Source: Bdellovibrio sp. | Lineage (GTDB): Bacteria > Bdellovibrionota > Bdellovibrionia > Bdellovibrionales > Bdellovibrionaceae | DNA length: 64,000 bases | Direction: 5' to 3' | Assembly (NCBI GenBank): GCA_036676395.1 | Contig: JAKFCY010000002.1 | Coordinates: 2,208,001-2,272,000 of the forward strand | In this document: in pieces, positions 19,054-27,721 of the stretch | Numbering within the stretch: position 1 is the first letter of the stretch | How the letters are laid out: every line of letters starts with the position of its first letter | The notes under the pieces: model-generated | What the model saw: only the letters and a program-made list of their open reading frames with translations | The model's database searches: none | What the model was told of the DNA's origin: nothing | Translations under genes and position numbers: made by a program

Positions 19054-22047
19054 ATGACTGTTTTTAACAAAATCGCCCTAATTGCATTACTTGCAGTAAG
19101 TATTTCAAGCTGTAGCCCTAAGAGTGGCGGTCCAGCACCTGCTTCGGTAACTGATGCGAATCGTGATTTCTCAAACACTAGCTTTGCCGTAAGTGGCCCA
19201 GATATTCCATCTGATTACGCCAACTGTTCATTCAACGGCCAAACAGTCTTACATGGCTCATCTGTAACTGGCTATCAAAACTCTACAGTACTTTACGGTT
19301 CAACCTGCGTTTCGCAGATTAGACGCTGTAATGATGGTGTGTTAGCAGGAAGCTATCAATATGCATCATGTACTGTCGCAGGCCCGGCAAGTTGTTTATT
19401 CAACGGTCAAACAATTGCCCACGCCTCTTCAGTAGAAGCATTTCAAAATTCAACTGTAGCTTACGGCTCATCGTGTGTCTCTGAACAGCGTACTTGTAAT
19501 AATGGTTCATTATCAGGTTCAAATTCGTACGGATCATGTGCTGTAGATGCAGCGGCAAGTTGTTTATTCAACGGTCAAACTGTAGCACACGGGTCTAACG
19601 TAAGCGCCTTTGCAAATTCAACTGTAGCTTACGGCGAAACTTGTACAGCTGAACAACGTTCTTGTAATAACGGAGTGTTATCAGGTTCAAATTCTTTCGG
19701 CTCTTGCACCGTAGATGCAGCGGCAAGTTGTTTATTCAACGGTCAAACTGTAGCACACGGGTCTAACGTCAACGCCTTTGCAAATTCAACTGTAGCTTAC
19801 GGTGAAACTTGTACTGCTGAACAACGCTCTTGTAATAACGGAGTGTTATCAGGTTCAAGTGCCTATGCTTCTTGTAACGTTGATGCGGCAGCAAGTTGTT
19901 TATTCAACGGTCAAACTGTAGCGCATGGATCTCAAGTTAATGGTTTTGCGAATTCAAGTGTACCTTACGGTCAAACGTGTACTGCAGAAACAAGAACTTG
20001 TGATAACGGAATTTTATCAGGTTCAAGTGCTTATGCATCTTGTAATGTTGATGTACCACAAAGCTGTTTATTTAACGGCGAAACAATTGCTCACGGTCAA
20101 TTAATCACAGCATTTCAAAACTCGACGGCTGCTTACGGCGGATCATGCGTATCTGAACAACGTTCTTGTGAAAACGGCGTAATGTCTGGAAGCTTTCAAT
20201 ACGGTTCATGTAATGTTGATTCAGCGAAAAGCTGTCTATTCAACGGTCAAACTGTAGCGCACGGTCAAAGTGTTGAAGCTTTTCCATCTTCAACAGTAAA
20301 TTTCGGTGATATGTGTATCTCTGATACTAGAACTTGTGATAACGGAATTTTATCAGGTTCAAATCAATACGCTTCTTGTAGCACAACTCAGGCCGCAAGC
20401 TGTTTATTCAACGGTCAAACCATTGCTCACAATCAAACGATTCAGGCTTTTGCTACATCGACAGTTGGTTTTGGTGAATCATGTGTGGCCGAAGAAAGAT
20501 CTTGTTATAACGGAGTATTAGATGGTTCAAGCCAATACGCTTCTTGTACTGTAGCGCAACCAGCGAGCTGTTTAATTAACGGTTTAACAATTGCCCACGG
20601 TCAAAGTACGATTTTATTCAAAGAATCTAATGTAGGTATCGGCCAAACTTGTGAATCAGAATCTAGAACTTGTGCCAACGGTACATTATCAGGTTCATAC
20701 ACAAACGGATCATGTGAAGTTGAACAAGCAAAAACATGTTCTTTCAACGGCCAGACTTTAAAAGATGGCGAATCAGTTCAAGCTTACTCGTCTTCTTCAG
20801 TCGGTTACGGTCAAATTTGTAAATCAGAAACTCGCACATGTTCTAACGGCGTGTTATCTGGTTCAAACACTGTAGCAACATGTTCTGTAGAAGAAGCTAA
20901 AACTTGTTCTTTCAATGGTGCAGTTGTAGCTCACGGGGCAAGTGTACTAGCTTTCACAACTAATTCAGTGGCTTACGGTCAAACTTGTAAATCAGAATCT
21001 AGAACTTGTGATAATGGTGTCTTATCTGGTTCAAACACTTATAGTTCATGTTCAATTGAGTCTGCTAAATCATGTTCTTTCAACGGTTCAGCTGTACCTC
21101 ACGGCGGAAGCGTTCAAGCTTGGGCCACCAACTCTGTGGCTTACGGTCAGTCATGTAAATCTGAAATCAGATCTTGTTCTAACGGAGTATTATCTGGTTC
21201 AAACACTTATAACTCTTGTTCTGTAGAACCTGCTAAGTCTTGTACTTTCAACGGTCAAGTTGTAGCCAACGGGGCAACAGTTAAAGCTTACTCGTCAAGC
21301 CAAGTGCCTTACGGTCAAACTTGCCAATCTGAAAATCGCACTTGTTCTAATGGTGTGTTATCAGGTTCAAATACGATTGCATCATGTACTGTAGCTCCTC
21401 CAGTAATAGTAACTCCGCCGAAGTCTTGTACTTTCAACGGTAAAACGATTGCCAGTGGAGCAAGCGTACAAGCTTTCAAATCATCAAGTGTTGGTTATGG
21501 CCAATCTTGCCAATCAGAAACTAGAACTTGTAACAATGGTATATTATCAGGTTCAAACACTGCAGCAACTTGTGTTGTTGAAGGCCCTAAATCTTGTAAG
21601 ATTTTATTCGGTCTAATCACGATTCCGCACGGGTTCACTCTATGGGCGGCTGCACACACTACGGCGGGTGCAGGTTCACGTTGTGAAGCTGAAATCACAT
21701 TATGTAATAACGGTAAATTTGTGATTGATCCAAGTTTAACTTGCCAACACGGCACGAAACCTCCGGTTACAATTCCGCCGCCAAAACCTGGAGAAGAACA
21801 ATGTGAAATCGATGTTAAATCTAACAACGGTAAACATTTAGGAGTAAACCACGACGGTAAACATGTAGACTCTGGTTTACACTTAGGTTGGTACAAAGAT
21901 AAAAAGCCTTGTAAGCCAAAAGATCCGGTGAAACCACCGACTCCACCGAAACCTGATCCAAAACACCCTTGCGAACATAAGGACAAACACAGAAGTTCAA
22001 AAGACAAAGACGATTGTGATAAAAAGAAAAAAAATAAGAAAAAATAA
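19054..22047 (+). CDS. Large cysteine-rich tandem-repeat lipoprotein
   Basis: Lipobox ISSC; 14 full plus 1 degenerate 56-aa repeats with 4 Cys each; Pro/His/Lys-rich tail; AAGGAG RBS and downstream terminator. Confidence 0.9.
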   Translation: MTVFNKIALIALLAVSISSCSPKSGGPAPASVTDANRDFSNTSFAVSGPDIPSDYANCSFNGQTVLHGSSVTGYQNSTVLYGSTCVSQIRRCNDGVLAGSYQYASCTVAGPASCLFNGQTIAHASSVEAFQNSTVAYGSSCVSEQRTCNNGSLSGSNSYGSCAVDAAASCLFNGQTVAHGSNVSAFANSTVAYGETCTAEQRSCNNGVLSGSNSFGSCTVDAAASCLFNGQTVAHGSNVNAFANSTVAYGETCTAEQRSCNNGVLSGSSAYASCNVDAAASCLFNGQTVAHGSQVNGFANSSVPYGQTCTAETRTCDNGILSGSSAYASCNVDVPQSCLFNGETIAHGQLITAFQNSTAAYGGSCVSEQRSCENGVMSGSFQYGSCNVDSAKSCLFNGQTVAHGQSVEAFPSSTVNFGDMCISDTRTCDNGILSGSNQYASCSTTQAASCLFNGQTIAHNQTIQAFATSTVGFGESCVAEERSCYNGVLDGSSQYASCTVAQPASCLINGLTIAHGQSTILFKESNVGIGQTCESESRTCANGTLSGSYTNGSCEVEQAKTCSFNGQTLKDGESVQAYSSSSVGYGQICKSETRTCSNGVLSGSNTVATCSVEEAKTCSFNGAVVAHGASVLAFTTNSVAYGQTCKSESRTCDNGVLSGSNTYSSCSIESAKSCSFNGSAVPHGGSVQAWATNSVAYGQSCKSEIRSCSNGVLSGSNTYNSCSVEPAKSCTFNGQVVANGATVKAYSSSQVPYGQTCQSENRTCSNGVLSGSNTIASCTVAPPVIVTPPKSCTFNGKTIASGASVQAFKSSSVGYGQSCQSETRTCNNGILSGSNTAATCVVEGPKSCKILFGLITIPHGFTLWAAAHTTAGAGSRCEAEITLCNNGKFVIDPSLTCQHGTKPPVTIPPPKPGEEQCEIDVKSNNGKHLGVNHDGKHVDSGLHLGWYKDKKPCKPKDPVKPPTPPKPDPKHPCEHKDKHRSSKDKDDCDKKKKNKKK
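19219..21750 (+). repeat. Intragenic 168-bp (56-codon) tandem repeat array
   Basis: Unit about SCxFNGQTVAHGxSVxAFxxSTVxYGxxCxSExRTCxNGVLSGSxxYxSCxVxxA; near-identical DNA at 19543 and 19711 (168 bp apart). Confidence 0.92.
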
Positions 22048-22049
22048 AA

Positions 22050-22082
22050 AAAGGGAGCTTAAAAAGCTCCCTTTCTCTTTTT
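22050..22082. terminator. Bidirectional intrinsic terminator
   Basis: AAAGGGAGCTT-AA-AAAGCTCCCTTT flanked by A and T tracts. Confidence 0.85.
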
Positions 22083-22097
22083 TACGGCTTCGATTAA

Positions 22098-22853
22098 TTA
22101 CTGAACCGGATTAATCGTTTGCACTGGCACAGTTTTTTTGCGTAAGCGCATATTTAAAAGTTCTACGGCTAACGAGAATGCCATGGCGAAATAGATGTAA
22201 CCTTTAGCAACATGGCCGCCCATGCCTTCTACTGTTAACATCACCCCGATCAATAATAAGAACGATAAAGCTAAGATTTTAATTGTTGGATGACGTTCCA
22301 CGAAACTACTGATCGAAGCTGCTGAAACAAGCATAATCACCATTGAAATTAACATCGCTACAACCATAATAGAAATTTGATCAGCCATACCCACTGCGGT
22401 AATAACTGAATCTAAAGAAAACACGATATCTAACATTAGAATCTGAATTAAAATTGAAGTCGCATTAGCATAGATCTTTTTCATATTGCTGCTGCCTTCT
22501 GTCGATGGACCGGCGTCATCACCTTCAACTTTATGATGAATTTCATAAGTCGCTTTGGCCATCAAGAATAATCCCCCGCCCAGCATAATTAAATCGCGAC
22601 CTGAAAAAGATTTTTCCATAATAGAGAACAATGGATCTTTTAGGCCCATGATCCAACTTAATGAAAATAACAACCCGATACGAATAACGAAAGCCAACAT
22701 CAAACCGGCATTTCTAAGTTTAGCCTGTTTTTCTGGAGCCACTTTAGCGACAAGGATTGCGATAAAAATAATATTATCGATTCCTAATACGGTCTCCATA
22801 GCAGTCAGTGTAAATAATGCGATTAAAGCTTCGGTTGTTAAAAACGATTCCAT
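22098..22853 (-). CDS. TerC family membrane protein
   Basis: ETVLGIDNIIFI and LDIVFSLDSVITAVG. Confidence 0.93.
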   Translation of the reverse strand: MESFLTTEALIALFTLTAMETVLGIDNIIFIAILVAKVAPEKQAKLRNAGLMLAFVIRIGLLFSLSWIMGLKDPLFSIMEKSFSGRDLIMLGGGLFLMAKATYEIHHKVEGDDAGPSTEGSSNMKKIYANATSILIQILMLDIVFSLDSVITAVGMADQISIMVVAMLISMVIMLVSAASISSFVERHPTIKILALSFLLLIGVMLTVEGMGGHVAKGYIYFAMAFSLAVELLNMRLRKKTVPVQTINPVQ

Positions 22854-22871
22854 GATTGGTGTTTTCCTTTT

Positions 22872-23423
22872 TTATTTATTTAATGATTGGCAAAGACTTA
22901 AAAAACTAGCTTGCGCTGCAGCCAGATTTTTTTTCCAGTCTTTTAAAGTATTTAAGTCTGAAGAATCAGTGATGAATTTAAAACTATGAAATGGAATTCC
23001 TAAGGTCTCACTCACTTGGGCAAATGCTAAAACTTCCATGTCCATGATTTGATATAAATTATTTGGCGACTTTTCAACTTCAACAAAATCTGCTGTTCCG
23101 CAGATCGCTTTAGGAAGTTCAGAAAATGTAGTGATTTTTTTTCGCTGGCGCATAAAAGAAACAACACTTCCGCGTTGGATCACGCCGTCCACTTCAACCA
23201 TAGTGCCAGGCTCTAAAGTGAAACTTCCTGCAGTGCCTAAATTAATAATACGATCTGGTTTTAGCTTAACGCCAATTTCGGTCAATTTTGAGGCGGCATT
23301 GACCATTCCGAGCCCGCTGTAATGGACCTGAAAGCCATGCTGTTCAAGCACTCCGCCTGACTCTTCCCGAAGTGCCATTACGATAAGCACTTGTTCATTA
23401 GGAAATCGATTAAATTGATTCAT
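22872..23423 (-). CDS. MTA/SAH nucleosidase-like protein (PNP/UDP phosphorylase fold)
   Basis: SGLGMVNAA, INLGTAG, MDME, KFITD. Confidence 0.78.
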   Translation of the reverse strand: MNQFNRFPNEQVLIVMALREESGGVLEQHGFQVHYSGLGMVNAASKLTEIGVKLKPDRIINLGTAGSFTLEPGTMVEVDGVIQRGSVVSFMRQRKKITTFSELPKAICGTADFVEVEKSPNNLYQIMDMEVLAFAQVSETLGIPFHSFKFITDSSDLNTLKDWKKNLAAAQASFLSLCQSLNK

Positions 23424-23465
23424 CAAAGTTGCCACTGGCAATGATTATCGCTATGAAATGTCTGT

Positions 23466-24140
23466 ATGACAAGCTCGAATGAATTGTTAAATCGATACCC
23501 CCAAGAATGTGCGCATATTCTTGAGATCTGTAAACGCCTGCATGACCGCAATATGCTCTCGGCTGCTGACGGAAACATCAGTTTGCGGGTTGAACCCAAC
23601 ATCGTTTTATTTACGCCATCCGGCATAGCAAAAGCTTTTATGAAGGCTTCAGATATGGCCGCGGTCACATTAGACAACCAAATCATCTGCGGAAACCCTT
23701 CATCAGAGCGTTTAATGCATTTAGAAGTTTTTCGCCAATGCCCTGAGGCCAAGGCTGTCGTGCATGCGCACCCGACCACGGCCATTGCTTGGTCGATCGC
23801 CCGTCCACATCTTAAAAAATTACCGTCAGATTGTTTATCAGAAGTGATCTTAGCCACCGGAGATATTCCGTTTGCTGATTACGCCCGCCCCGGTACACAA
23901 GCTATGGGCGATGTTTTAAAGCCGTTTTTACCTCACCACCGGGCGATGATTTTAAAACGTCACGGCGCTTTAACTTGGGGTTTAGATCTTGAAGAAGCTT
24001 ACCGCGGCATGGAACGTATCGAAAATTCAGCGCAGATATTAGCGCAAGCTCAGGCTCTAGGTGGATTAAATCCATTACCACCAGAAGAAGTGGCTTATCT
24101 TTATGAACTACGATCTAAAATCGGAAATATTTTATTATGA
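23466..24140 (+). CDS. Class II aldolase/adducin family protein (FucA/Ald2-like)
   Basis: DGNIS, TPSG, PSSE, VHAHP, RHG Zn motifs; in operon with mtnA and mtnP. Confidence 0.85.
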   Translation: MTSSNELLNRYPQECAHILEICKRLHDRNMLSAADGNISLRVEPNIVLFTPSGIAKAFMKASDMAAVTLDNQIICGNPSSERLMHLEVFRQCPEAKAVVHAHPTTAIAWSIARPHLKKLPSDCLSEVILATGDIPFADYARPGTQAMGDVLKPFLPHHRAMILKRHGALTWGLDLEEAYRGMERIENSAQILAQAQALGGLNPLPPEEVAYLYELRSKIGNILL

Positions 24141-25132
24141 TTTCTTGTATCTCATTACCACTTCGATTCACAGAAACAAAATTTGAAATTCTAGATCAAA
24201 CACTACTTCCACACGTCGAAAAATGGATTGTCATTGAATCAACTGAACAAATGATTGAAGCCATTAAAATGTTACGCGTACGTGGCGCTCCGTTAATTGG
24301 CGTCGCAGCGGCATTACAAGTGGCGCAAGCCGCCCTGCAAGGTTTTACAAAAACTGAATTACTACAAAAAGCGCAGGCACTTTATGAAGCCCGCCCGACG
24401 GCTGTGAATTTAATGAACTGCATTGATCGCATGAAAACTGTGATTGAAGCTGGCAGCGATAAAAATCAAATTTTACAGGCAGCTGTTGAAATTTTTAATG
24501 AAGATGTAAAACTTTGCGATCGTATCGCAAGCTTTGGCGCAGAATTAATTCAAGACGGCGACCAAATTCTTACTCACTGTAACACTGGCGGTCTTGCGAC
24601 GGTTGGCGTGGGCACGGCCTTAGGAGTCATTCTAAAGGCCCATCAACAAGGTAAAAAAATTCATGTCTGGGTCGATGAAACACGCCCGCTTTTACAAGGT
24701 GGAAGGCTTACGACTTGGGAATTACAAAAACATAAAATCCCAATGACTTTAATCACTGACAACATGGCCGCTCACTTAATGAGCGAAGGCAAAATCACTA
24801 AAGCCATCGTTGGCTCTGATCGTATTGCCCAAAACGGAGATTTCGCGAACAAAATTGGAACTTATTCTGTAGCCGTGAACTGTAAATTTCATAATATTCC
24901 ATTTTATGTGGCAGCGCCTTTTACAACAGTTGATTTTAATTGCGTCTCGGGAAAAAACATTCCTATCGAGCAGCGTGCGGCTTCAGAAGTTATTAGCACG
25001 TGGGCACCAGCGCAAAGTAATGTGTACAACCCGTCATTCGATGTGACTCCGGCAAATTTAACTACCGGCTGGATCATGGACACTGGCGTTTACACGCAAA
25101 AAGATATTGAACTAGGCATTTTTAAAAAATAG
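24137..25132 (+). CDS. mtnA: S-methyl-5-thioribose-1-phosphate isomerase
   Basis: LDQTLLP, VRGAPLIG, ARPTAVNL, THCNTGGLAT, ETRPLLQG, ANKIGTY. Confidence 0.95.
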   Translation: MISCISLPLRFTETKFEILDQTLLPHVEKWIVIESTEQMIEAIKMLRVRGAPLIGVAAALQVAQAALQGFTKTELLQKAQALYEARPTAVNLMNCIDRMKTVIEAGSDKNQILQAAVEIFNEDVKLCDRIASFGAELIQDGDQILTHCNTGGLATVGVGTALGVILKAHQQGKKIHVWVDETRPLLQGGRLTTWELQKHKIPMTLITDNMAAHLMSEGKITKAIVGSDRIAQNGDFANKIGTYSVAVNCKFHNIPFYVAAPFTTVDFNCVSGKNIPIEQRAASEVISTWAPAQSNVYNPSFDVTPANLTTGWIMDTGVYTQKDIELGIFKK

Positions 25133-25142
25133 GAGATAGCGT

Positions 25143-25985
25143 ATGATCGCAGTTATTGGCGGATCAGGTTTTGAAAAATTTGACGAATTCACAACGGTAG
25201 AAAAAATTTCGATCGAAACACCTTTTGGCCCACACTCTTCGGGCCTGAAAAAAGTTAAAGTCGATGGCACAGAATTTTTATTTTTATCTCGCCATGGTGA
25301 ACACCATGAACTTTTACCTTCAGAAATTAATTACCGCGCTAACATCTATGCTTTTAAAAAATTAGGCGCTTCAGCGGTTGTTTCATTCAGCGCCGTGGGC
25401 TCATTACAAAAAGATTTAGCTCCGGGTGATATGGTTGTGCCCTTTCAATATATCGATCGCACTAAAGCGCGAGTACACACGTTTTTAGGCGGAGGCTTAA
25501 TTGGCCATGTTTCATTAGCAAAACCAATCTGTGAAACTATGGCAAAACGTTTACAAGAATTAGTAAAACCCTTAGAGCACACTTCATTTTTTGGCCAAAC
25601 ATATGTTTGTATCGAAGGTCCTTATTTTTCGACAAAAGCTGAATCGCACACTTACCGCCAAATGGGCGCTAATATCATCGGGATGTCGAACTTTCCTGAA
25701 TACGCGTTAGCGCGTGAAGCGGGCCTTCCGTATTTACCATGTTGTTTTGTAACTGATTACGACTGCTGGGATGATTCAATTCCACACGTAACTGTTGAAG
25801 AAGTTATTAAGGTGATGAAAAACAACAATCAAAAAGCATTTAACGTTTTAAAAACAATCTTAAAAGCCGGCGATCTTGCCGAAGGCAGCTATGCTTATGA
25901 TGGTGGATTAAAAACAGGTTTATTCATGCCTAAAGAAGCTATCCCTAACGATAAACTTTCTTGGGTGAATGTTTTATTAAACTAA
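25143..25985 (+). CDS. mtnP: S-methyl-5'-thioadenosine phosphorylase
   Basis: IGGSG, LSRHG, NYRANI, EGPYFST, TDYDCW. Confidence 0.9.
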   Translation: MIAVIGGSGFEKFDEFTTVEKISIETPFGPHSSGLKKVKVDGTEFLFLSRHGEHHELLPSEINYRANIYAFKKLGASAVVSFSAVGSLQKDLAPGDMVVPFQYIDRTKARVHTFLGGGLIGHVSLAKPICETMAKRLQELVKPLEHTSFFGQTYVCIEGPYFSTKAESHTYRQMGANIIGMSNFPEYALAREAGLPYLPCCFVTDYDCWDDSIPHVTVEEVIKVMKNNNQKAFNVLKTILKAGDLAEGSYAYDGGLKTGLFMPKEAIPNDKLSWVNVLLN

Positions 25986-26675
25986 ATTTTTGATCGCGTA
26001 ATGATTCATTAAATCTTCAACGATACTGTTGATACGGGATTTATGACTTTTTTGCAATTGCGTGAACTCTAAGCCAAGCACCGTTGTGCCATTGGGTTTA
26101 CGCATGATAAAACGAACAATTGCATCACAGACAACATCTGCACGTTTAAAAATTTGATACTGAATACGAATTTGATCACCCTTATTAATACTTAGGGTTA
26201 ATTTGGGAACTTCAAAACGACAACCGTTATATGAAATATCAGTCACTTTTGCCGGGTTTTTAATTTTCAATTCTATCGACCAAACTGCGGCTGTTTGATT
26301 CCATTTTTCAGGAATATTATAGCGCGGCTCTTTACGACGTCGCAGCTGAACTATCTTGGCACTTTGATCAAAACAAATCTGATCATCAAGAACTTCTAAA
26401 GTGGTTTTAATAAAGTACACTTCAGTGCCAATAAAAAATTTAATTGAGGTTAAACCAAGATAGGTCGCAAGCTTATCAGTTTGAGTCGTTTCTAAAAATA
26501 TTTTCTTATCGGCAAAAAAACCGATCTTTGCAGATATTGGATGAGTTGGATCCGCTTCATTTTTTAGAATTAAATCAGAATTTAAAGTAAAACAATTATG
26601 CAACGCTAAGAAGGCATCTTTTTCTTCTAGCTCAATTAAAAATTCACCTGCATTTGCTGTATTGGCTGCCGACAT
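25977..26675 (-). CDS. PilZ-domain c-di-GMP receptor (YcgR-like architecture)
   Basis: RRRKEPR (RxxxR) and DISYNG (DxSxxG). Confidence 0.85.
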   Translation of the reverse strand: MSAANTANAGEFLIELEEKDAFLALHNCFTLNSDLILKNEADPTHPISAKIGFFADKKIFLETTQTDKLATYLGLTSIKFFIGTEVYFIKTTLEVLDDQICFDQSAKIVQLRRRKEPRYNIPEKWNQTAAVWSIELKIKNPAKVTDISYNGCRFEVPKLTLSINKGDQIRIQYQIFKRADVVCDAIVRFIMRKPNGTTVLGLEFTQLQKSHKSRINSIVEDLMNHYAIKNLV

Positions 26676-26734
26676 TTATCTATCTATTTAACCAATGATT
26701 AGGATTTTTAACAATCAGCCTATATAGACTTAGA

Positions 26735-27721
26735 CTAAGGTTGATATGAATCGATAGCTAACAAGACCTTATGAAGGTAATCATCTAACCAGCGTCTGCC
26801 GAACGGGCCGCTCTTATGTTTCGAAATGTATCCCATATGCCCACCGTGATCGATAAAGGTTGTGTGCGTCTTATCGTTCCAACTCGCCGCTTTATAATCA
26901 TCAAAGGCAATAAAAGGGTCATCTTTGCTGGTTAAAACAAAAGTAGGTACAGCAATGCGATCAAGGTACTTGTAGGTACTGCACTGGGTATAATAATCAG
27001 CGCTATCAACAAAGCCAGATTTTATCGAAGTAAATAAGTCATCGATCAAACGTGTGTTCGACACAATAGGTAGACCAATTTGTGGCTCTGTTTTACGAAT
27101 TAATTTGCGCAGCATAAAATAAAATCGCAAATCATACAGACGTGAAAAACCATTGATTAAATGATCACTCGCTTTTTGCAGGTTAATCGGCGCATTCACA
27201 ACAACCGCATAATCTGGTAAATGCTGACCGTAACGTTGGGTCACTAAATTTAAAACCACACTGCCACTTAATGAAAAGCCGATAAAAATTTGTTTTTCAT
27301 TAGGAAAAATTTCGCGAAGTTTAAGGCTGACTTCTGAAGCATCTTCACCGCGGCCTGAATGGTATGGTTTTTTGGCCATGCCTTCAGCTAAACCTGCACC
27401 CCTGTGATCAACTGTCACAACTGAATAACCTAAATCAAAAGCCACCTGAGCTGTGCGTTGCACGTAATCTGAAGTGTGGTCTCCGGCTAAACCATGAAAT
27501 ACGGTGACGACAGCGCTTTTTTTGTTGGCTGATTTATTTTCAAAAATTTTAAGACTCATTTGGTCGCCATCCGGCAGAGTCAAAAACATCTGCCGATGTG
27601 GTTCATTAAAGTTTTTAGATTTAATCACATGACCTAGAATAGTTTGTGAGTGTGCCGTTTCGATTTTTAGAATCGGCACAAAAGGGCGTAAATCTAATTT
27701 AACTTGCGATAGGTTTACCAA
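26735..27721 (-). CDS. YheT-family alpha/beta hydrolase
   Basis: HGLAG, GFSLSG, SKDDPF, GGHMG. Confidence 0.85.
   Translation of the reverse strand: MVNLSQVKLDLRPFVPILKIETAHSQTILGHVIKSKNFNEPHRQMFLTLPDGDQMSLKIFENKSANKKSAVVTVFHGLAGDHTSDYVQRTAQVAFDLGYSVVTVDHRGAGLAEGMAKKPYHSGRGEDASEVSLKLREIFPNEKQIFIGFSLSGSVVLNLVTQRYGQHLPDYAVVVNAPINLQKASDHLINGFSRLYDLRFYFMLRKLIRKTEPQIGLPIVSNTRLIDDLFTSIKSGFVDSADYYTQCSTYKYLDRIAVPTFVLTSKDDPFIAFDDYKAASWNDKTHTTFIDHGGHMGYISKHKSGPFGRRWLDDYLHKVLLAIDSYQP

Noticed and set aside
19219..21750. Regularly spaced DNA repeats as a possible CRISPR array
   Set aside because: The period is 168 bp, in frame within one ORF, with synonymous variation and no unique spacers or cas genes.
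22098..22853. TerC as part of a tellurite-resistance or anti-phage ter cluster, or preceded by a yybP-ykoY riboswitch
   Set aside because: It is a lone terC only 18 nt downstream of the nucleosidase gene, with no other ter genes and no room for a riboswitch.
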